A stretch of DNA of 63,674 nt, the filler included, from Octopus bimaculoides (taxonomy: Eukaryota): NCBI RefSeq assembly GCF_001194135.2. It is 6 parts of 6 records of this genome, joined end to end, with 100 filler letters (N's around TTAATTAATTAA, not from the genome) between each part and the next. Parts side by side here need not be neighbours in the genome. Positions count along the whole stretch, not along the records: positions 10,148 to 31,786 come from NC_068993.1; 5 more parts are not named here. One strand, given 5' to 3'. The number at the start of each line of letters is the position of its first letter. Positions within the stretch are counted from its first letter, which is position 1. Shown in pieces: positions 12,021 to 25,688 of the stretch. The notes under the pieces are model-generated. The model was not told the origin of the DNA. It was given only the letters and a program-made list of their open reading frames with translations, and did not search any database. The position numbers and the translations under genes were made by a program.

Positions 12021-12574
12021 TCATGTGGAGTATTATAAGATCGTTTCTATACATAAAACAGATGTTATAATACACATCATCTTTTACAGTTGTACCTCTT
12101 TGTTTTTGTTTTTTTAACTTCTTTTAGTCTAATAACTGAATTCAATATGGTTTTAAGAGCTAATTTCTTTTGGCTAACTAGTAGTTCTCTGTTTTAGGGA
12201 AGGGCGCATTTGGAGGATTTTGTGGTCTTATATTTCATGATATTTGCTGCAGGAAGATAGTATAAATTTAGCGAAGTATCAGCGTTCATCTTTAGTGTTG
12301 GCTCTAAGTAAATTAAACCTTTGAAATTCGGGGTCCACCAGAGACGAGTTTTGTAACGAATATCAGTTATATAGTATGGCCATGAAATTCTTATTTAATC
12401 AGCGAAGTTTTATATGCATGTAGAAAAGAGAAATAAAGATTGCATTGTTCATAATCTTTCAGCGGAAAATAAACATTGTAAATAAACATATTCCATGTGA
12501 GAATTGAAATAATATCACTGACTCTGTTCACCGTTAAACTCATCGACTCAACACTCATTATTAATTAAGTTCTC

Positions 12575-12660
12575 ACTCACCTCAGAAACCAGATAGAAAC
12601 AAAATCAAATGAAAGAAACAAACAAACAAGTAAAGAGGAAAAGTTGATCAGTCTGACAAA
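12575..12660 (-). other. Possible non-coding exon end with strong donor GAG|GTGAGT at 12581/12580
   Basis: Consensus donor in non-repetitive sequence; no ORF support. Confidence 0.2.
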
Positions 12661-13562
12661 AATTAATTGATTTCATTGATTTTATTCATAATTTCAAAAT
12701 CTTTTATACAATTTCGGAATATTTATAGTATTTTTGTAACCCCAGAAACCTCGAACATGAAAAGAAACAACAAATCAGACAAGAAAAATGAATTTGTAAG
12801 ATTTGTTCCCAATTCCACGATCTTAGAGAAAGTCTCATTAAGTCAGCATCTCGTCTTTAATTTGTTTATTTATTTAGATATTTATTTTCATATTTTATGC
12901 CATTTTGTTTTATTTATTATTGCTTACTTTTTTTCTACTGTAAAAACCCAAAGAGAAAAAAAAAGGGGGAGGGTCGCGGTTGGAACATGCACACGCAGAC
13001 ACACGTTCGTATATAGACAAAGAAAAAAAAGGAAGAAACTGCAGAGAGAACGATGGTTAACAGACAATAAGGAAAGTAAACCGCAGAATACAAACAACAG
13101 CAACAACAAGAACAACAAAAAATAACCACAAAGAATAATGGGAGGTTAAAGAAAAAACGAAAGACCTTCGCTTCTTTGAAAGGTCGGTATTTCGTGGAAA
13201 GGACAAATTGTGTGGACTGGAACGTTGGTTTGAATAAACTGTCATTGACACCATGTAATTACAATATCGAAATAAATAAATAATAACATAAAGCTAACAC
13301 AACTTCTCAGAACGAAACAACATAAACATACAGACACACGTAAAAATACATCTAATATAACTTTGTAATATGAAAAGGAAAAAAAATGGGGGGAAAAAAA
13401 ATGAAGAATAAAGAGAACGACTCTAAACGAGAAACAAATTTTCCTGTATTTGTCAACCTTAAATAAAGAAATAAAATGGTGAACTTCCCTAATCTTCATT
13501 TTATTCTCTTTGTCTTTTTCTATGTTGTGGTTTATATTTTCCCTCCGTTTTGTTTGTTTCAG

Positions 13563-13639
13563 GTTCAAAGGCAAAAGTATTAAATAGAGGCGATGGATCA
13601 ATCGCGAGCGTGGAGGACGATGATATGGCATTCCCCTGA
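13563..13639 (+). other. Possible exon after a long polypyrimidine acceptor (phase-1 reading SKAKVLNRGDGSIASVEDDDMAFP*)
   Basis: About 60-nt pyrimidine tract ending TTTGTTTCAG| at 13562; one open frame to TGA 13637-13639; protein not recognised. Confidence 0.2.
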
Positions 13640-15789
13640 ATTACAATGTTTCTAGGCTGTCTCTTCTTATTCCTAACGTTCCTTTTTCTTCTTTCCTTTT
13701 GTCTTTCCAATTTTTTCCTCTATTCTTTCCATATTTATCTTCCTCTTCATATCATTTTAACAATTAAGGGCGCCCAACGATTCAACAAAATCTTCCTTTA
13801 TTACCAATCTCTTTTATTTCGTTGTCTTCATCTTTTATGTGGTTCATCGCTCAAATAATGCAGTACTAACTAGTAGGTCTCTTTACTTCTATTTCTCCTT
13901 ACCCTCTCACTATCTTAGTCTCCTTGGTGCCTTGGACATCCACGTGTATTAGATATTGTACCTTTGGAGTGTCGAATTCTTTGCTTGCCTCAGCTTCCTC
14001 TCAATGTCCGATTATACAGTAATAGGAAGCCAAGAACTTAGTAGCTATTTTGCCCCAAGCTAAATTCTATTATTATATTGATAACATCAGTTTCTCCAAC
14101 CGAATCCGCTGACTATAGAAAATAACTATAATTTTCATCTTGAGATTTCAATTGTAATTTGAACACACAGCTTCCTAGCCGATGAGTTTCAAATGACTTT
14201 AATAGCTGATAAAGTATATTATAACGGGGAAAAAATATAAGTGGAATTTCCCTGATTAGACTACTTTCAATAGTCATATTCAGAATGGAAGAAAAAAAGG
14301 AGGAAATATAGAAATATATTAAGATACTCACTAAATTTCCAGCAATAAAAGTTACAGACACCTACATGTATGCATATACATTCATGCATTACAAAAGCGC
14401 GCACGCACACAGACACACGCACACACATCTTATAAACAAACAGACATATTGAAGGAAAATTAATTTCAAGACAGCCATTTTGTACAAGTTTTATCTCGCA
14501 CAATTTTAAGAACTGAACATCCCGGCGCCATTTTAGTTTGTTATTCATTTCCACTTATAAAATCAATGCACGATTTTTTTTCTTTTCAATGAATTGAAGA
14601 TTTGAAACTTATTCTTCAGAACCTTGTATTACATTAAAACAAGAACAACGACAACAACAACAACATCAATAATATCGACAAAAGCAACAACGAAATCATC
14701 TAAAAAATGTGAGACAAACAAAATGTCCATTTTCATATAGATATATATCTTGGCAGCTTTATTCATACATAAGTATTGTTCTAAAATTAGACAGTTCACG
14801 CATTAGAAAACAAATTTACCGCAACCTGACAAAAAGATGTTTTAATAAGCTGCAAATCTAAAAAGTTTCCAAGCAAAAATATAAATTTATACATTTATTT
14901 CATGTTATATGATAATGATAAAATAATTTTAAATATTGGACGGATAAATATGAGCTAACAAATTTATTAATAGACAAATAGTTATACATATACACATGCT
15001 AGTTAAATACCAAGATAGAAAATAGTCTAATGACAGTAAAACAGATATTTCAACGGGTCTCGGTGGCTTATAAGTAAGTTGAAATGGCTTTAAGTGTGAA
15101 TCGAAATTAACTGCGAAAATCGTCCCACTGGAAGAACTCCTGCATTTTCAGCACTCATGCGAAATGTTAATATTGTCTAAACGTGCGGGCAGTGTGCTGT
15201 GGTGTTGAATAAAACACTTCTTTCACGTGGTTTCAATCTAATCAGCTGTAAAAATGACTTCCAGTAATAGCTGGGGAAATTAATTCTGCAGCGGAGCGGC
15301 GTCTCGTTCAAGGGAGTGTGTTGAAATCTCAGTCACTTATAACCCATGAAAACCACATCATGCTCTGGCCTTAGGAAGCTTAGGGCTCATGACATCTTAG
15401 TCAAAATTTAACCCTTTAGTATTCAGATTTCTCTGTTAAATATAATGCTTATTTATTCACATTATTTTGAATAGACCATGCATTATCATGTAGCGTTGAG
15501 ATTTCAATGATGTGATTGTATACTTTTAAGATGACGTTGTAAGGTTGGCATGAGAGGCCAAATCTGACAGGTTTGAACATAAAACGTATAGAATATTTGG
15601 GCCGGATATAGCCTGTCTAAATGCTAAAGAGTTAAGCCTAAGGATATAGCCTATTTATCCTAGAATTGAATATTATTTATGTGACGCGAGGAGGGGCAGT
15701 AAATTCTAACATTTCACCTTTCCTCAAGATACGGAAACTAACTTTTAACTTTCGAGGCTCAGAAATAAAGTAGCGTTGGACCGGCGGAA

Positions 15790-16015
15790 GTGAAGATGTA
15801 GTGGTTAGAGTGCTGCACTCGTGATCTTGCAATCGTGGTTTCAATTCTAGGATCGGGTGACGCTTTGTGTTCTTGAGCAAAGCCCTTCCTTTCATGCTGC
15901 TCCAGTCCAGTCAGCTGTGACGGACTGGCGTCCCGTTCTGGGGAAATATTGTGGGCTCGGCCACTTATTCGCCATGGGAACCGGGTAACTGGCCCTGTGT
16001 CCTAGGAACAGGCGG
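15790..16015 (+). mobile_element. tRNA-derived SINE, family E (CORE-like body plus GACGGACTGGCGTCCCGT segment)
   Basis: TGTAGTGGTTAGA A box, GGTTTCAATTC B box, TGTGTTCTTGAGCAAAG; related copy on the minus strand at 47533-47760. Confidence 0.65.
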
Positions 16016-16489
16016 AAACGCTAAAGTGTCGGACGATGCGTTTGCAATATTTTATTTGTCCCAGCTCTTTGCATAGTGGTCTGCTTGAGTAGACGACCTA
16101 ATCCGTCACTCTGTTTAACTATACCACTGCTTGACTTTTAGGTGTCTCTGGCAGATTCCAGAAAATGTGGAAAAGAGCTTCGACCGTGAGCATCTCGTCT
16201 CGATGTGTATCTAGGTTTAGATTTTCTAGCATGATTTTCTTTTCTTTTCAGGAAATCGGGTGTGATCTGAGAGAAATCTGGCTGTTATTTCTAGCAAATT
16301 GCCCTCCCATTTAGAGAAGGGATACCGAAGCGAATTACAAACAGCTTTGACTCCTATAATGATGTTCTTACATGGGTATAAAGTGTAGCAGTCTATGGTC
16401 GATTCTGACCTCAAGACTTGCGTAGCAGTTTGATTTTCCTCCTGAATAAAAGACAAAATTCACTCCAACGGGAAACGAATTGAGAACAT

Positions 16490-16672
16490 GAGGAAGGAGG
16501 GTAAGTCAATTACATCGACCCAAGTGCTGAGCAGGTTCATATTTTATCGACCTCGAAGAAATGAAAAGTAAAGTCCATATCGTCGGCATTTGAACTCAGA
16601 AAGTAATGTGCTGAAAGGAATGATACTAATCACTTTGCCCGAGGGGCTAACGATTCCGTCAGTTCGTCGCCT
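16490..16672 (-). mobile_element. Family B SINE (diverged)
   Basis: ATTACATCGACCC...TTTATCGACC...ATTTGAACTCAG pattern. Confidence 0.7.
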
Positions 16673-16685
16673 TCTGCTTCATAAA

Positions 16686-16898
16686 TATTGGTTTTAAATT
16701 TTGGCACAAGGCCAGCAATTTCAGTGTTGGGCTAAGTCGATTACATCGGCCCCAGTGCTCACCTGGTTCTTAATTTATCGACCCCGAGAGGATGAAAGGC
16801 AAAGTCGACTCCGGTGGAATTTGAACTCAGGGCGTAAAGGCGGACAAATGCTACTAAGCATTTTGCCCGGCGTGCTAACGAGCCTCCAGTTCGCCGCA
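16686..16898 (-). mobile_element. Family B SINE
   Basis: GGATGAAAGGCAAAGTCGAC...GGAATTTGAACTCAG...GCTAACG...CAGTTCGCCGC. Confidence 0.85.
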
Positions 16899-17169
16899 TT
16901 CTGCTTTTTAAGTTCTGAGAAATGGTAAAGCAAAGAGAAATCAAATCAAACTCAACCCAAACGAAGGAATCAATAAACCAATATCCGTGAATGACTTCAA
17001 AATTTACTTCAAAAGTAAAAAGGATTTGACTTTTAACATCCATTCTGCTAGAACCTCCAGCATGAATTTAGAATAGACTTCGTACTGACAAATGTACCCC
17101 AGTTATTACAATATAATAACACAGAAAAAAAAGGGGTGACATCTGAGCAAATATATCCTTCATCGCTTA

Positions 17170-17546
17170 TCGTTTACTTGCTCCAGTCATCGGACTACTG
17201 TCATGCTGGGATACCGCCTTCAAGGCTTTAGTCAAGCAGATCGACCCCGTACGTATTTTCAAGTCTGGTACTTATTCTATCGGCCTCTGTGGCCGGTCTG
17301 CTTGATTACGGAGACGTAAACAAACCAACGTTGATCGATAATCGTTGGTGAGGAACAATCACAAACACGATATCACACATTTATATACACCGGGCTTCCA
17401 CACACTTTCCATTGACCAAATTCACCCACAAGGTATCAGTCGGCCTGGAGCTATAGTAGAAGACATTTGTCGAAGGTGCAGCGTAGTGGGACTGAAACCG
17501 AGACCACAGGATTGCAAAAGAGATTCTTAACCACGCAGCCATACCT
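17170..17546 (-). mobile_element. Family C SINE (diverged)
   Basis: CATGCTGGGATACCGCCTT, GTACTTATTCTATCGG, GCTATAGTAGAAGACATTTG, AGTGGGACTGAAACC; homologous to 31952-32331. Confidence 0.8.
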
Positions 17547-17628
17547 TTGGCTACACATACACACGCACGCGCACATACGTACATATATTTAAAGTGAGAA
17601 AAAGAGAGATAGTTAGATTAACAGGCAC

Positions 17629-17706
<78 letters not shown>

Positions 17707-18177
17707 CTAGAGGAGTGTACGTAAGTTTGTACAAGTATATATGTATATATTTGCATAAACGCACACACATAAACCCACACAAAAACACACAGACAGGGTT
17801 AACACTGTGTTATACCACATAACTCATCTATCATACTAAAGAATGTTAGGATATGTTTTATAAAAAAATACTAATCTTAGAATCTGGGCAAATTACTTGA
17901 AGACTTCGATGCCAGTTGTAACTATACGCCAAGAGTTATATCAGCTAAACTACAGATCATCTAAATATCTCACTTGGTGGTCTCAATTACCATAAATGCT
18001 GATGGACATTAAAACGAATATCATGGTTTAAATTAGGATTTTAAAATCGAAATTCGATTCTGACAAGTAATGAGATATTTATTTTGACATTCATGTATAG
18101 CTAAAACGTTAGTCTCTTACCTACTTTATTCCCGAGTTCTTCTTGCAATCCTACTGTATATACGTGTATGTGTGTAC

Positions 18178-18271
<94 letters not shown>

Positions 18272-18897
18272 TTATGTGTGTATGTTTATATATATATATA
18301 TATATATATATACATTCATATATGTTTTATATATATACACGCATATACATATGCTTTTAATAGTTTTTTTTCTATTTTTTCTTTTTATTTTCATTTATCT
18401 TTTCTGGTATTTCTTTCATATTCCACGTTGATGGTTTAATTTGCAAATCGTACCAATTTTCTATTTAACTTTCTAAGCAAATACCCGCAAAAGACCAAGG
18501 TTTATTATATAACTGAAGGATTTGCTCCAAGCACTTTCAATACATACAATTACGGCAAGTGACAAAAGATATGAAATGATATTATGTCTAGCAATCAAAA
18601 TGGTGGAAAGATGAATCAAAATGGCGTTCACATGAATCAAAATGTTTAGGACCCCACAGTGAGAAAAAAATTGCTTTTTTTTTCTCTTTCGGAAAAATAA
18701 TGATCCAATACAGAAGAAATATATATATTTTGCTTCAATCGAAAAGGTAAGGCCTCGAAGCTAAGTAGGGCTCTTTCTTCGGTTTCCGTAGAATAATCCG
18801 TTTTGGAAAATAACTCTACATGTCTATGTAAGAACTATTATTAGCGGAGAATAACGACGTTCCATTACACGAAGAAAATATTAATAAATTTAATAGC

Positions 18898-19048
<151 letters not shown>

Positions 19049-19276
19049 AACGGTTTTTCTATCTTACACAAACACACACACGCACTCACACTAAACAAAA
19101 CACGCACACTTTCTCTCTCTTTGTCGCTTTCTTTCTCCCTCCGTGTTTCTTTTTTGCATATATACCCAATAGTATATATCATTATATTATTGGGTATATG
19201 CAGAATAGATCTTTTCACCAAGTTATATTAGACCCAGCGGTATTTTCAATATGTATTTATGAATACGTGTATGTCA

Positions 19277-19325
<49 letters not shown>

Positions 19326-19669
19326 AACGTATGTATGTTTGTACGTATATATATNNNNNNNNNNNNNNNNNNNNNNNNNNNNNNNNNNNNNNNNNNNNNN
19401 NNNNNNNNNNNNNNNNNNNNNNNNNNNNNNNNNNNNNNNNNNNNNNNNNNNNNNNNNNNNNNNNNNNNNNNNNNNNNNNNNNNNNNNNNNNNNNNNNNNN
19501 NNNNNNNNNNNNNNNNNNNNNNNNNNNNNNNNNNNNNNNNNNNNNNNNNNNNNNNNNNNNNNNNNNNNNNNNNNNNNNNNNNNNNNNNNNNNNNNNNNNN
19601 NNNNNNNNNNNNNTATATATATATATATGTATATGCACACATATATATGCATACATGTCCCTCTTTTTG

Positions 19670-19709
<40 letters not shown>

Positions 19710-19908
19710 GAACGAGAGCATCTAGCATGAAATCAGTAATGAAAGTATAAATCAATGTATGCAAGTACAAATAAATCCCTTCAGAATACCCCTTGTGTAC
19801 ACATAGTCATGTAATAAAGATATCATCAGTGATTCTATTCCCACAAGACACTCTTGATTTTTCTCTTATCTCTCTCAATATAGCGACCAAGCTAACCTCT
19901 GTACTTAC

Positions 19909-20056
19909 CAGTCACCTGAGCTCATACCAAATGGCCCTTACTATGGAAGCATGTGACAGTGTATACTCTCCTTGCAGGAAAACTCAGAAGAGATTCTGTG
20001 AGGGATCTTGTCAGACCATTTAACTGGTCCTTATGTATTACCGTTCTGATTTACAA
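19909..20056 (-). other. Possible 148-nt spliced exon (TTTCTTTCAG| ... CTG|GTAAGT)
   Basis: Good acceptor (AG at 20058-20057) and donor (GTAAGT 19908-19903); stops in all three frames, so UTR or lncRNA if real. Confidence 0.25.
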
Positions 20057-20379
20057 CTGAAAGAAACTTTGAAATGAATTTCCTTGCAAGTCTTCGATCA
20101 TATTTAGTAGAAGAAACGTTTGCTTGAGTTGTATATCTTTAGATTCCACCAACGTCCCTTATCTTAGACTGAATATTTCCTTTGAGACCGTTTCATGTTG
20201 CATCGACTTTTCATGACACATAGGTTATATTCCCCATATTTTCTCATCTTATATATATCAATGTTTAGCTTACTGTTACCTACAACGATTCATACAAAAG
20301 CATATAAAATGATGTTACCTTCACTCCATCTACAATGGTTGTCACTATCGGTCAAAGTGCCGGCCATTCATATGCATAT

Positions 20380-20683
20380 GTATGTGTACAGTCTGGTAAG
20401 ATTTTTTTGAGGAAGACTGTCAGTTGTCCATGCATGAAAGTTTTACCTGTCCACGCTGTCGATGTTTATCCTAGAGAAAAGCATCTTACTTGGTTTGAAA
20501 CAAACAGAACGGACACCAAAAGTCATCTTGATCGACTTTCAAGCAGTTCCTCTAACCAACCGCTCTGTATTGGTACTCAACCACAACAACTCAAATATTT
20601 TCAAGCCAAGCATATGCTACTTTCGTGAAAACAAACGACAAAATATCCTCTGGCGCAAACGTATGATATCGTTCAGTAGTTAG
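20380..20683 (+). pseudogene. Possible decayed MULE (Mutator-like) transposase fragment
   Basis: PKVILIDFQAV...ICYF...QNILWRKR resembles the MULE pattern PxxIxxDFExA...GCxFHxxQxxWRK; weak and from memory. Confidence 0.3.
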
Positions 20684-20969
20684 AGAATACATCCTTACCA
20701 CTTATCAACAAAGCATAGTTACAAACGTCCCGTCCTAATCAAAAAGCCTGAACGGAAATCTTTGCAAACTTTTACAGATGCTAAACGTATGACTTCTCAT
20801 TGTTACTTATTAGGATTGAGATTTATTCAACGAGGCTCCTACTTGCGTCTTTAGAGTCGGAAATATACATCAGTCTACATACACTGTCAAAGCTGTGCAA
20901 ATTTATTCGATTCAAAATATCTGGAAAGTGCAATTAAATGAGTGTGCAGTCATTATAAATACATTTATA

Positions 20970-21370
20970 AAGGCGGCGAGTTGGCAGAATTGTTAACACG
21001 TCGAAGGCGGCGAGCTGGCAGAAACGTTAACACGCCAGGCGAAATGCTTCGCGGTATTTCGTCTGCTGCTACGTTCTGAGTTCAAATTCTGCCGAGGTCG
21101 ACTTTGCCTTTCATCCTTTCGATTAAATAAGTACCAGTTACGCACTGGGGTCGATATAATCGACTTAATCCGTTTGTCTGTCCTTGTTTGTCCCCTCTGT
21201 GTGTAGCCTCTTGTGGGCAGTAAAGAAATAAGAATCGTTAACACGTCGACAAAATGCCTAGCTGTACTTCTTATTCCTTACATTCTCAGTACAGCTAGGG
21301 TCGACCTTGCTTTTCATCTTTTCAGAATACCAGTTGAACAATGACTTTGATGTAATCGACTAACCCCTTA
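20970..21370 (+). mobile_element. Older family B SINE interrupted by a younger family B SINE (21005-21230)
   Basis: Two GGCGGCGAG(T/C)TGGCAGAA heads; 19-bp TSD AGAAT(T/C)GTTAACACGTCGA at 20986-21004 and 21231-21249. Confidence 0.85.
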
Positions 21371-22024
21371 CAACTAAAATGAATAACCGTGTACCAAAAC
21401 TTAAAACAATTATAAATACATACATACATGTGCGTGTGTATGTGAGAGAGAGAGAGAGAGAGAGAGATAATGTATGCGTGTGTGTATGCATGTGTACGTA
21501 TGTGCGTCGGTGTATGTGAATCAGGTTCGCATCCCTAAAGTAGGAATTTAGTAAAGTGCTTCGTGATATTAGGTTTAGAGCATGCTTTTCTGGTAATTTA
21601 TCCAGCACAGAATCCGGGAAACTGGCCTTATGAGTCTATGGCTCGGGAAGGCCCTTCGGTCCTTTATGAAACGCTGACATGCACACACACGTATGTATGT
21701 ATGTATGTATGTATGTATGTATGTATGTATGTATGTATGTATGTATCTATCTATCTATCTAAAGAAAGAGTGCGAGAAATTTATACATATATCAATGGAT
21801 AAATATAGAGATACCGTATCCTTGTATTTATTCCTACTTTGGAAACATGAGTATTTTTCCTTTGGTGAATCATCCTCACAGCACGATATCCTTTACCTTC
21901 AATGATAGAATGTACGTTATCCCAATACGTTATTAAATATGTTGGTGTATCTATCAGATGTATTGATATCTCACCTCTCACATTAGCACTATCGAATTGG
22001 CTAATCCTGCTTTTCCGAATCCAG

Positions 22025-22450
22025 TTTATTCCTTTATTTGTTTCAGTTATTGGTCTGCATCTAAGCTGGGGAAGAGCCTTCAAGAGTTCAGTCGATCAAA
22101 TCGACTCCATTGTTTTTTTTTTTAATGTCTGGTACTTATCCTAAAAGTTACTTCTGCGAATCTCCTAGGTACTGGAGCGTAAACAAACCAAGACTGATTT
22201 TTAAACGGTATGGGGCACAAACACCAAGACATACACACACGCACGTACACACACGGGCGCATTCACACATGCCAATACACACACACACACAAACCACATG
22301 GGCACACAGATACACTCTCAAATGTACATACAACGGCTTCCAGACGGTTTCCATGTGTTAAATGCACTCACTTGACATCAGTCAACCTGGGCTATAACTT
22401 TTGCAGAAAATACTTGCCTAAGGCATCGTGCAATGGAACTAAACCAGAAA
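22025..22450 (-). mobile_element. Family C SINE (diverged, internal CA-rich tract)
   Basis: TTATTTGTTTCAG, AGTCGATCAAATCGAC, GGTACTTATCCTA, CAACGGCTTCC, GGCTATAAC, GCAATGGAACTAAACC. Confidence 0.7.
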
Positions 22451-23610
22451 TTTCTAAGATTCCGTAAGAATTAGCTTTTGTGTATATTTTAATCAAGTAA
22501 AGCGGTGTACGTGTATACTTTATCGGCTTTCTAAGTTCATAAATAGTTTTCTGTTCTACGCCTGGAGAATTAAAGCCATGACGTATCATGTCCTAATTCG
22601 GTGCTGTATTAGATAGATTCATTGCAGAAGTGATTTTCCCCTCACTGTTTGAGTAGAAACGGATCTTGTCTTATCATGCAGTTAATGGTATGTACATGGT
22701 ACTGATGAACTACAATGAAACAGAAATGCACATTTAGAATTGTCACAACTATTCCTCGAAAACTTTCCTCTTCTATTGATATGCTTGTGTTTTAAACACG
22801 GTACCATTTATAAGAGTTCTTTTATCCTGGCAAATACTGCTTTAATTTCCCTTTTCGAGATGTATCTTCATTTAGTATGAGATATAGATAGCAATTGTAA
22901 TGTAATACTGCTTTTGTTGCACACAACGGATATGTGCGTGTGGGGTGGGTGTGTGCGTGTGTGCGTGTATGCATGTATGCGTTGGATGAGAAAGAGAGTT
23001 TGTAACATTCGGGTATTTCTCGAGGATATTTCAGGTACAATTTGTGAGTAATAGACATGCCAATGCATCGCATCTTCGGTGTCTTTTTACTGTAGCCACA
23101 GTTCGACCAATAACTTTTGAGTGGAACCAGGTACACGGATACTGTGTGAAAGCTGTCTGATGAATTGGACTGTTATTTCAAAGATTTCGTCTAAATACAT
23201 TGAAATATGCTGATTCTATCAGAGGATTGTGTTAAATGTAAACGTCTCTATGGAATAGTCAGCCATTGTGATTCAATGAGAATTTAATTCAGTTGATCGA
23301 ATAACTGAATACTTATAATCGAAAACAACGCAGATCTATTACTTGGTACCTTTACTCTAAGCTAGTCTGGTCTAGTTCGAATTTACGTCGCTCATCTAAT
23401 CAAAGTAGTGACACACTTATTTTCCACATAAAATAATTGTGTTTATAGTAAATTACATATTTTCACATTGATATGAAATCTGATGCATTGAAATGGGATG
23501 GGAAGATATGAAGTGCACTCTCATCCAGCAAATAAGAAACGGAGGTGGAATGGTTCTAACTCAGAAGCAGGGTAAACAATGTCACAGTTCAATGTCAAGA
23601 TTATTTAGAG

Positions 23611-23803
23611 CAGCGGTTCTCAGCCGCTCCCTCAGGGTCGCATATGGTCTTCAACATCCTTCCGGTAGTCCTCGGCGGTCTTTCCTCTATAATTATAATA
23701 AAATTTTCTTTAATTGACTTGTGATTTACTTTTTTTGGTGCGGCCCCCTAAAAAATTCAGGTTTTGGATCTGGCCCGGATACTAAAAAGGTTGAGAAATA
23801 CTG
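23611..23803. mobile_element. hAT-type (Charlie-like) MITE
   Basis: TIRs CAGCGGTTCTCA / TGAGAAATACTG; 8-bp TSD ATTTAGAG / ATCTAGAG. Confidence 0.75.
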
Positions 23804-25560
23804 ATCTAGAGAATTTCTTACGTATTGTGGTAAAGACAAGGTTTTGTGATGGCCTGAACATGTCTTTCTGACGGCCTTTATCGGTATGAATTGAAAACCT
23901 CCAAATGAGGTAAGAAAATTATCTCTGCTTTCCTTGATCACTCCTTAATTACTTAACTATAAATGTCATTATACTAGTCACATGACCACAAGTTTATAGA
24001 GTGGAATATACTGAAATTCGTTGCTTTGAAATTCTCAGCGAAGTCAATGAAGTATATTGTCTTTTACTAGGAATCGAAACAGGGATTATAACATTACTTG
24101 CGATTGGGTTACGGTTTACATTATGACATTCACCAATGTTTTCTAACTACTGAAGCCACAGAAGTTTACAAAGCAATAATTTGAACTTATTATACTTGTA
24201 TTAACGACTAGAATGGGTGTGGAAGGGACAACTCTCTTAGAGCTATTTAACATTGCTTGTGCTATATCAAAGGCAGGGATATTGGTTATTGAATCGATAT
24301 GTATTATATTGCTGTTATTATTTTATGGCTAAGGAATTATAAAGGCACATTCGTTTCTGGCAGGATTTTAACTCAGAGCAATGAGGCAAGGAATATCTTA
24401 TGATAAAGCATCTGGATTAAGACATATCTAAATAATATAATAACTCACTATACCATAAGTGTTATTTAACTAATATGTCAGCTAAGTCGATTATGTCAAA
24501 AGTTATTCTGACAAAAAGATCACAACTAAATCTATCAAACAACTCGCTCGCTTATAGCCCAACTTCCTTCATCAACCGAATAAAACGAAATTATTGCACA
24601 CAGTGGGGACACTTAATGTCAATATCGCTATCGATTCCATCATTCAATTACATTTCAATGAGAATGGCTTTATCTCCTCGTAAGTCAAAAACGAAGACCT
24701 TTAATCGTGAAATAGAATCTCGCCAGATGTCGACAACGATTTTCTCGACCACAATCTCGATACTGTCTCTCTTAGAATTAAAAATCACCTACCAATCATT
24801 ATTGCAATATTGATTTACCCGATTCTCTTCCCATTATGCAATGAGAAGTGATATATTGTTAAAGCAAAGTTTCAGAATAGCCATCAGGAGTGGATTTATC
24901 TACCTTATAGATTCCCTCAATATTAAACCAATGGGAAGTGATATGTTATTACTAAATGCGCCCCGGCCACCCCATCAAAAAGAAAAAAAAAAGCGGGGAT
25001 TAAGGAGGAATGAAACACGTTATATTCAGATTACTACAGTGAAACAACCAACAGGAATTTAGATACTGTATAACTATATAACTAAATATTCCATTATAAC
25101 AACAATAATGAAATAATTTTCATAGATTTTCAAACTGAAAATTAATACGTAGTAATAATTACATGGTATACATCATATAAAATTAATTGCTGTGTATACA
25201 TTCATACAAAGAATTAATTAATAACTTCGCATGTTGTTTTTGCATTATATAACAACTGTGCAGATATTTTGTCAGGTATGTACAACCGGGATGAAAATAC
25301 TAGATATCCATGTATTATTTACAATCAGTGGATGTTGATTGAAATTGATGAAATCAAATTTAATTGAAACCATATCTCTGACATTGTCAGACAGACGTTC
25401 TACTTGACCCGAAATTTTAACTACCGAATTACTTTTTAGTAGAACTAAATGTTTTCATATTCAACATTATGCAACTTCTAATTATTGCTACATTCACTCA
25501 TCAGAGTTCTAACATAATCAATGAAGCAATGTTACAACGTAGACAAATTAAGTTCCAATA

Positions 25561-25688
25561 ATCCTTTCTACTAAAGGCACAAGGCCTGAAATTTTGGGGG
25601 AGGAGACCAGTCGATTACATCGACCCCAGGGTTTCACTGGTACTTAATTTATCGACCCCAAAAAGATGAAAAGCAAAGTCAACATCGG
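25561..25688 (-). mobile_element. Family B SINE 3' half
   Basis: GGCACAAGGCCTGAAATTTTGGGG...GTCGATTACATCGACCCCAG...TTTATCGACCCC. Confidence 0.8.

Noticed and set aside
22700-22725. CTGATGA...GAAAC hammerhead-like motif
   Set aside because: No stem II can form between the motifs and there is no NUH/stem I.
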